Assembly (NCBI RefSeq): GCF_036971445.1 | Contig: NW_027211808.1 | Location: forward strand, 7,812,001 to 7,876,000 | Direction: 5' to 3' | Length of the DNA: 64,000 nucleotides | Source of the DNA: Narcine bancroftii | Taxonomy: Eukaryota | In this document: positions 55,990 through 64,000 of the stretch, piece after piece | How the letters are laid out: each line of letters starts with the position of its first letter | Numbering within the stretch: the first letter of the stretch is position 1 | The notes under the pieces: generated by a model | Seen by the model: the letters and a program-made list of their open reading frames with translations, nothing else | What the model was told of the DNA's origin: nothing | The model's database searches: none | Translations under genes and position numbers: made by a program

Positions 55990-58569
55990 CTGTCAATCGG
56001 AAAAAAAAAACAAATTGTCAAACGACCTACTGAATAAAACGTTATTTTCCGTTTTCCCTATATTAGCAGAAAAATATAATGCCCAGGAGTTTCAATGAGT
56101 TGTCCGAGAGGGGACCAGGGAGCGAGTCGGATTGTCAGCCTATTGTTGTCTGAAGATGAAGCATTCAGATTTTATCTTTATCCGTAACAGCAATCCAAAG
56201 GCATTACTGTGTTATAACTTGGTGATCCTAAAAATATATTTCAACATTAATTAAAGCCGAATTTGTAAATGGACAAATAAACACAATCAGTACCTGTTTA
56301 CATTTAATTTAAAATGTTATATTGAATCACATTAAACCGAGTATTCAGTTTCTGGCAAGACTAAGAAGCATTGAAAGGCATGGAATGAAAATTAATGGAT
56401 TGGAATATAAAAACCGATGCTTAGTAAATAGTCATGCTTTACTTTAAATGTCATTGTGTTTAATATCAGAGAATAGAATTTGTTATAAGCAGAACCTATT
56501 TTTACTTAATGGCATAAATACCCTGTTCTATAAGTTTAAGATAAAGTAGTATATATCCAATTAATATCTTACTTAAAATCACTTAAACATGTATTAACTT
56601 TCAAGAATTAATATCAACGTGTTTTGGGTAATGTTTCAAAAGTGATTCGACATATTGCAAAATAACACTCAATTCTAACAATGTGTTTACATGATATTTT
56701 CATGTGCAGTAAATGTTCCTGCCGGGAAAGCCAGAAGGCTTGAATATGAACATAAATGTTTTAACGGAGACTTTGTCCTACTTGGAGCTTATTAAGTTTC
56801 TATCTTTCGTTTAAACTTCGTTTTATGCAAAAGGGGAGTCTAATGATTTGCCATCTCTCGTTTTTGTTTACTCTTGCATTTTATTTTTTTCTTTCAACGC
56901 TAAACAGAAGAACAAGGTTCTTTCAATGCGGCATTTTTGTTTCCTATGGATCGAATTAAATCCCATTGCAAATGCACATGTCGCCGCTGAATAATATAGA
57001 AATGCGACGAATTAAATTTTGCTACTGGCAACTTATAGATGAGTGGACACATCCATATTTTTAAACATTAGAACAGGTTATGCATAAAATTATAAAATAA
57101 TTAATAAAATTCTAAAAACTGTATGTTAAGATAACTTGAGTTGGTATAAGAATAATAAAATATGCATGGCAATTTCACCCGTCTGAGCTATACTCAAACA
57201 TAAAGAATATTTTTGATTTTGAATATCAGGAATAAAAGTCATGTAACATACAAAACACGCCAGGTTTGCCACGTGCAGCTGCAGAGAGCAGTTTCTAAAC
57301 AGAACTGATAGCATTTATCTGAAATCGCTTGTTCAGGAAATAGTGTGTAGAATGCATTGGGCCCGAACTTCATCCGAAAATTTTCAATCAACTACTGAAA
57401 GAATCTATCTGAATTTCACTGCGTAATTTATATGCAAATGACTATTGATCGAACGTGACCTTGTCAATAATTCAAAGTCTTAATAAAAAACCTTTACATC
57501 CCAATATTCCCAGTAAATTAAATTATTCAAGTTATTTCACTCCACGCGCGTTTTTAGAGACAGAAACCTATGGTTAAATACTCGCCGAAATGCTCGTTCT
57601 GATTACGGTCTATTTGATGCTGCTTCGATATTCAAATAATATTTTTATTTGACAGTGCTCAGAACAACATGGGAATTGCATGCTGTGTTATCTTTCCTTG
57701 AATGTTTCAAAAACATAAACAATTACGCATTAGACCGAGTATTCAGCAAGATAAGGACTTGAAATGAAATACGGCCAAGCAGAAATCGAATTGAAAATAA
57801 ATGTACACTTTTCTTACGGATGATTAGAGACTCATGATTACTTTCGAAATAAACTAGGTTAATGTCGGGTTGGAAGATCTCGTATGATACGTTATGTGTC
57901 TGAGATCTACTCGCGTTTTGCAAAACGCGTTGCAAATGGAGAATCCACATAATGTTTCATTGTGCTTTATTCTTTGGTATCAGCATTTCGTTTTGTAAAA
58001 CTGACGGAATCCCAACAATTAAAAATTGCTATCTACTATCCAAAATCATTCACCCTTTGAGATGAAACTGACTTTTTTTCCTGTGCAGCAAAAATTGGGG
58101 GTGGGGATGTTGTCATTAAGTTTCACACCCGTTTTTTTGTTATATTGTATTAAAAATTCAAGTTAAATAATTTCCTAATTCCTGGTATATCAAATGTTCT
58201 ATGCAGCTAATGCTTTGTGTTTTATTTTAAAACCAAGTACTGTATTTCTAAACAATATTTTTCTCTGTGGAATTAAATTCAACCAGCGACGAGAAATCTG
58301 TTGGAGACCAACCTAACAATTAATTGGTTCGAAATCAATCAAGAGAGACCGCATTTCAAAAGAAAATGCTTAAATGGTAAATGTTAAAATATTTGTTGTA
58401 GTTTATTAATTTATATTCGTTATAATTTACTAACTGGCCCGTAGATTGATTGGTCTCCTAATTTAAACACTATAAAATATTTTTACTAAATTATACAGTA
58501 ACGTATCAAATTAATTAAGTCCTAATGCAAAATAGTTACATCTCTTCCTAAATGATAGTTAATCTAATT

Positions 58570-59619
58570 TGTGAGGTGTTTCTCCTTTATCTCGACGGAT
58601 AAGGGCCATGTCCGACATTTCCATAACAATACGAAAATTGGTGTGCTCCTTTGTAGCCTAATGTCTAGTATGTTCTCTTGGATTGTGTCACTAGATTATG
58701 TGGGTAAACACCCAATCAAGTCATGACTTCGACATACATTTAGATCTCAACATCACACGCAAAAACTCACACAGAACCATTTAAACTTGAGGTTACCGAG
58801 CCTTTTTTTTTCACTCACTTTGTCCACTAATGTCGAAGTGGATTTGTTTTTTTTATATAGATGTCACTAAGTTTTGTGCGTGGATTAGGTGTGGTGAATC
58901 AGTGGTGGGTCCGAGTTTATTGTAACGTTCTTCGAGTTATTGTATCCTGGTGCACACCAACTAGCTCGTTCCTTCCTGTTTTGTAGAGCCTTTATTACTA
59001 CAACAATGCAAAGTTGGGTGCTTCCCCTTACCCTGGGAATACACACACATACTGGGGCTCACCCAACTTTTATACAGTCAATTTCAGTATCAGAATGCCC
59101 TCCCCCTTACATTCTTCTGCCCCCCTGGATGGGTTTGGCATAGGTAATCCTTCCTGCCTACGTGCAGTTTCAGTACACTTGGAGGACCAGGGGGTATCCT
59201 GTGGGTGCCCCATCATGTCATTGTCCTTATTCACACCTTCCTGATTCTCTGGGCTACAGTCTCTTGATATGCAGAGTTGACTCATTCTATCTAGGGTTGG
59301 CTAATTTCATATGTATAAATCTGTGTATGGTTAGCTAATTAGAAATGTATGACTTGGTACTTCTGTCCAGGGCTAGGAGACCCTTATCTGATCCAGACTA
59401 CCTCAACTTCCTACATTCTATTGTACCTTACCATTCCTTATCTTAGTCCTATGGTCTTGTCACAAAGACTAGAAGATTCTTATGTTAATCGTGCTGACTC
59501 TGCTTTCCTGCATCCTAAGCCCCAAGCTTATCCTGTTTGAACTGGTTACAGCCATTTTACTGATGAACTTTAGTTTCTTCCATGTTCATAATTTTAGGTC
59601 AATTTTCCCATCTCTCACA
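58570..59619 (-). repeat. 3' LTR of endogenous retrovirus (~1050 bp)
   Basis: Terminal inverted repeats TGTGAG...CTCACA at 58570 and 59619; polypurine tract AAAAGAAAAGTGAGGA immediately 5' on the minus strand; TATAAAA at 59074..59068 followed by AATAAA at 58996..58991. Confidence 0.8.
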
Positions 59620-59984
59620 ATCCTCACTTTTCTTTTAGATCAGTAATACTGATCTTTCACCATGATCAGTGTTACTGATCTTTGGTTACTAGTGTCAGTG
59701 TGACTGATCCCCCCCCCTCCTCACTTTTCTTTTAGATCAGTAATACTGATCTTTCAAGTGTAAGGTGTAGTTTTACCCAGCTGGTCAATAACCGAATTGT
59801 AATGTCTGTGTAAAGTCTTTAGGTAGGGGAGCACCATGAAGGTCAGAGTAGCGAGTCCAGCTGCTTATTAGGGTTGCGAGTATCAGGCTCCAGCTCTCAG
59901 TAAAGAGTCTAGTCCATCCCACACGTTGAAACATTGAAGCAGTGTCTTTGAACCACCCGACTTTTGTAAGCGTTGTCCTGACGA

Positions 59985-60067
59985 AGTCTGTGAGAGACGC
60001 TGCCTTCAGCAGCGAACGAGTAGCAGTCTGTGAGAAGCGCTGCCTTCAGCAGCGAACGAGTAGCAGT
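59985..60067. repeat. 40-bp tandem duplication inside ERV
   Basis: agtctgtgaga(ga/ag)cgctgccttcagcagcgaacgagtagc occurs twice. Confidence 0.93.
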
Positions 60068-60694
60068 AGTCAGGCAGTTCCGTTGAATTGTGGCTAGTAT
60101 CTGATGTCCTCTTCAGCCCCGAACTCTAGGGCCACCGATCTCCGAAGGCTGTTTGGAGCCTGATATTAAAGTGTCAAGCAGCTCACGTTGTTGGAAACTG
60201 GTGCTCCCCTTCACGGGATGATGAAAAGTGACCAAGCTGGGGGGGGATTGTTTCTTGTGATTTAACTGTGTGTTGCAGCTTGTCTGCTAACATTAGCATA
60301 TGTATCATTGAACTTGTGAGTTGCAGCCTGTCTGTGTACATTAGCATATGTGTCAACTCTCTCTCTCTCTGCTACATGTACAATCCTGACTACCATTCTG
60401 TCTGTCTTTGTCCCACCATGTCCTTTGTGCTATCGCCTCAAAACTCTTGTCTCTAATACCTGTGTAGGCTAAGATACAAATTAGATGTACTCCACTAAAG
60501 CTGTTCAGTTCCCCTGGTCCGTATTGGAATCCCTTGTATCCCACTATGACTATACATTAAATCTATGCCCTGTCTACATTCTAAAGGAGCCCAATTGTAA
60601 CCTCTGCTGCCCCTATTCCAGGGGGGGACTTAAAACATTAACGAACAATATTCCAAAAAATGAGTAAACAACAATGAAAGTAAGACCCATTGTA

Positions 60695-60966
60695 AGCAGC
60701 AAAAAATACAACAATAACTGAATAAACCACCATAACTGTAAAGCTCATTGAAAACAGCAATAAAAAACAACAAAAACTGAATAAACCACAATAAATGTAA
60801 AGCTCATTGAAAACAGCAATAAAATACAACAATAACTGAATAAACCACCATAACTGTAAAGCTCATTGAAAACAGCAATAAAATACAGCAAAAACTGAAT
60901 AAACCACAATAAATGTAAAGCTCATTGAAAACAGCAATAAAATACAAAAATAACTGAATAAACCAA
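60695..60966. repeat. ~59-bp minisatellite, ~4.5 copies, inside ERV
   Basis: Unit aaaacagcaataaaa..aactgaataaaccac(c/a)ataa(c/a)tgtaaagctcattg, with two variants alternating. Confidence 0.93.
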
Positions 60967-61079
60967 AAAAAACGAGTAACATTACGGCACTTTGTCACGG
61001 CGCAGTGTAAGTTTCAGGTCTGATGGATGAGGAACTGCACGACAGGTTGAGGTTTGAATCTGTGTGTCATGATGTTGTG

Positions 61080-61232
61080 GTCAGAAGCTGGTTTAATTCT
61101 TTGAATGTGGGTCCAGCCTTTCTCTCTTGTTCTTACTGCGGTGTCTGTAATTAAAAGTACACAGAAGGGACCATCCCAGGCAGGTTTTAGTTGATCCTCT
61201 TGCCATGCTTTTACATATAACCAATCACTAGA
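61080..61232 (-). pseudogene. Retroviral integrase C-terminal fragment
   Basis: DWLYVKAWQEDQLKPAWDGPFCVLLITDTAVRTREKGWTHIQRIK matches the WxGP(Y/F) module of class I retroviral integrases. Confidence 0.88.
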
Positions 61233-62689
61233 TTTTAATAAAATGAATAACAATCTGACTTTCCTTTGTGTTAGTGTAAAAATTGTAAAATGAAACACAA
61301 ACCATATTTGCATGGGTTTTGAATATGTTAGACCTTATTAAAATGCAGTTGGAGCTGCTTGTCTGTATGGGGCACAACCCTCCAATTTGTTAGAGTGAGT
61401 ACATAACAGACATTGCAGCACAAGAGCCCCTGCAAGAGAACTTGAAACATATTCAACCTTTAGTTCTGCCTTAAGTAAAATGCCTTGTGCCACAGCTCAC
61501 AGGAGCTGGCCTTATTTAAAACAGTCTGTAAAACAGGCACCAAAAAAAGTTAAAAGATGTTCTTATGAAGATTGCACACACAATAATTTAAGTACAGGCT
61601 AGTTTCTATTATATTCCACTTAAAAGTTCTGCTGCATGAATCCTGGAGCTTGTGGAGTCATTATTGAATCAAGAAATATTGGTGCCATGCCAATCTCATT
61701 CTAACATACCAATTTCTCCAGTCCTTAAGTCAAGATGTACTGAATAGCATCTGGTACAAGATCTGTGAGTTCTTAATGATATTATTATTCTTATGCACCC
61801 AATTGTTCTGAACGATGCCACCAATTTAAATCATATTCCACCTATTGCAGTACTCACACAGCACCATAGACCAGTTCGCAGGTTTATTTCTCCATTAAGC
61901 TGAATCCACTTGCGCAGGGTTTACCTCCGTGATCATTTACAATGTAACTTCCGCACTACCGGATTTAAATATAAACCTGATGAATGGGGAAAGTTATCAT
62001 GAATTAAATAACAGCGGCAATACAGAGAAATTGTGCTGAGGCATTAATTTCACTCCAGAGGAAAATGCACCAGAGAAATGATTAAACTTATAGGAATCCC
62101 CATAGGAATCCCCAGAGGTATCTTTATTCTCCAGAGGTGGGTGATCTTTAAACTCACGGACCTTGACTGCTGAATGTGTAGAAGAAATGTATTAAATGTG
62201 TTGATAGGGCTCCATACCTCTAACTGCAAGACAAGAGCCTGAAGCCTCAATTTCAAGTGCCACAGTGCACTTAAAGGGACATGCACACTCCTGCTTCAAC
62301 TGGCTGAACCAGCCACTTTACACATCAGATCCTTTCTTTATCTTACATACACTTAAAATAAGACGTGTAGAACTCACCCTATTTGCGCAAACATTTCTCC
62401 CTGCAAATGTTATAACATCACAACTCTCAGGTACTCCCTGTGCAAAATCACATTTGAATACAATTTATTTCATAAATTGGAATTAACTGGTAGTTAAATT
62501 CGCTCATTCTATAGTATTGATAAACGATCCTTTATGACATTTAATTTTTAGCATGAATTTTAATCAATAATGGTCAGTGACTGAAGTGGGAAGTCGTGAT
62601 TTATGAAATTATCTCTGGTCTCTACTCTCCCACTCCCGACGCTTCTCCCAACATTCAGGAGCTGGCACACAGTCCCTGCCTTTTTCATG

Positions 62690-63792
62690 TTACTCATCTA
62701 CTATTACTTTAACTGCTTGCATCAAAATGTTAGCCTTTGCTTTCTGCTTATCCTCAGATGTCTGGACAAATGCTTTTTGTGTGATCTGTAGAAGCTGGGT
62801 TATTCCCTGCTCATGCCAATTTTCTGTCTTTTGTAATTTTCTCCTAATGTCTGGGGCTGAGTTGGTAACAAAACCTGTTAGTACCAATTGTTCCCCTGCT
62901 GGGGATTCTATGTCGAGACCCCCATATTGTATATATATTTGGTCCCAAAAATTGGTCTAACTGTTCGGCACATCCCTGGGGATCTTCTATCAGGGAGGTC
63001 AGTTCTTTCTTAAAGTTACACACTTCAGTACTGGTCAGGGGCACATTTACGAAACCGACACCCTCTCCCATGGGAACTTCCCGCAGTGGTCTCATCCAAT
63101 TGGTTTCTTAGCTTATTAGGTCTGGGTTCCTGCTCCCTGGGAAATGAATCAAAGGGTTCTGCCCTTTCTTCCTGAAGAGTCTCACGCAGTTCTGAATTAA
63201 AGTTACCTCTCTCTCCTGTCAACAGAGGTGGTAATCGAGTGCTTTGTGAGCAAGTTATCATACCACTCCTGCTCTCTCCTCTCTTCTCTAGTGGTGGGGG
63301 AGGTGGGGAAGGTGCAGAAGGGTAGGTCATAGGAGGGGAAGGAAAGATAGGAGCCGGCATAGGAGGAACATAAGGTGGAGGGAGGGAATGTAACACATCC
63401 CAACCCTGTGATTCAGGGACAAAAGGTTCCTCCTCTCTCTTATCCCTGAATTCTTTCTCATTCAAAACCAGCTGTTCAATGGATCCCTTGAGACAGCAGG
63501 CTGCATATTCCCTGCTCTCAACATTGTCCTTCTGGTTTTGATAGAGCCATAGGTTCAAAGCTTTACACATCCATTCATCCTCGGATCCGAATTTTGGCCA
63601 GTACACGGAGCTCCCTTTAACCGGGTATTTAACCCATTCAATACAACAATACCTGACCATTGTCAGTTTGTCTTTACCACGGGTCTTTCCTGTGCCCCAC
63701 TCAGATAACATCAACCCAAGCGGGCTGTACGTAGCTATCTGGTGGTCACGTCCTGTGTCAGGACTCTCATCTCTACTGCCCGCTATTCCCAT
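62690..63792 (-). pseudogene. gag: Retroviral gag (matrix, late domain, partial capsid), frameshifted and internally deleted
   Basis: MGIAGS myristoylation start; SPLGLML..W...WPKFGS matrix; PPPY late domain; PLREVP..VPLTSTEVCNFKKE..DP and FVTNSAPDIRRKLQK capsid motifs spread across several ORF pieces. Confidence 0.9.
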
Positions 63793-64000
63793 GCTTAGGA
63801 ACAAGTAAAATACTCTTACCGAGTTCTGGCAGTACTGCTCTAGCGCGCGTCCTTCCGCCGTTTGTTCTCAATGCCTCTTCTCGGATATCACTCGCTTCTT
63901 CCACTGACCAGCCACCCGTCGCCCGTGAGTCCAGCTGAATCAGCCGGGGTGCACCTACTCTCGTCGTCGGGGTACTCTGTCAGTGGAGGGAGTGTGATCC

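Larger units (their letters stand above)
58570..64000 (-). mobile_element. Defective class I (gamma-like/HERV-I-related) endogenous retrovirus, continuing past the window end
   Basis: gag, integrase C-terminus, PPT and 3' LTR in retroviral order; putative leader splice donor G|GTAAGA near 63820; the 5' LTR and PBS are not in the window. Confidence 0.88.

Noticed and set aside
59820-59945. Possible env transmembrane remnant (CFNVWDGLDSLL)
   Set aside because: Too short, interrupted by stops, and no immunosuppressive domain or CX6CC motif is visible.
60695-60966. Regularly spaced repeats resembling a CRISPR array
   Set aside because: Whole units repeat with no unique spacers; the context is eukaryotic with no cas genes. 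It is a minisatellite.

Overview
Vertebrate Hox cluster DNA, AT-rich, with three assembly gaps. It is the central/posterior part of a HoxB cluster, all transcribed on the minus strand: HoxB4, miR-10, HoxB5, HoxB6, HoxB7, HoxB8, HoxB9, miR-196 and a HoxB10 homeobox exon. A HoxB10 remnant plus shark/ray-type repeat remnants suggests a cartilaginous fish (inference). The main result is that the posterior half of the cluster looks like it is decaying. HoxB8 is a pseudogene (three in-frame stops, a 1-bp frameshift, and N23I/H36P/K58N in the homeodomain). The HoxB10 homeobox exon has a stop codon and R5L, and I found no exon 1. The cluster's miR-196 has uncompensated substitutions, one at seed position 2. 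A full-length L1-type LINE with a target-site duplication and a defective endogenous retrovirus have inserted either side of the HoxB10 remnant. HoxB4, B5 and B9 remain open but carry unusual substitutions, while miR-10, two DR5 retinoic-acid elements and several conserved non-coding blocks look intact. All comparisons with orthologues are from recalled consensus sequences, not from searches.
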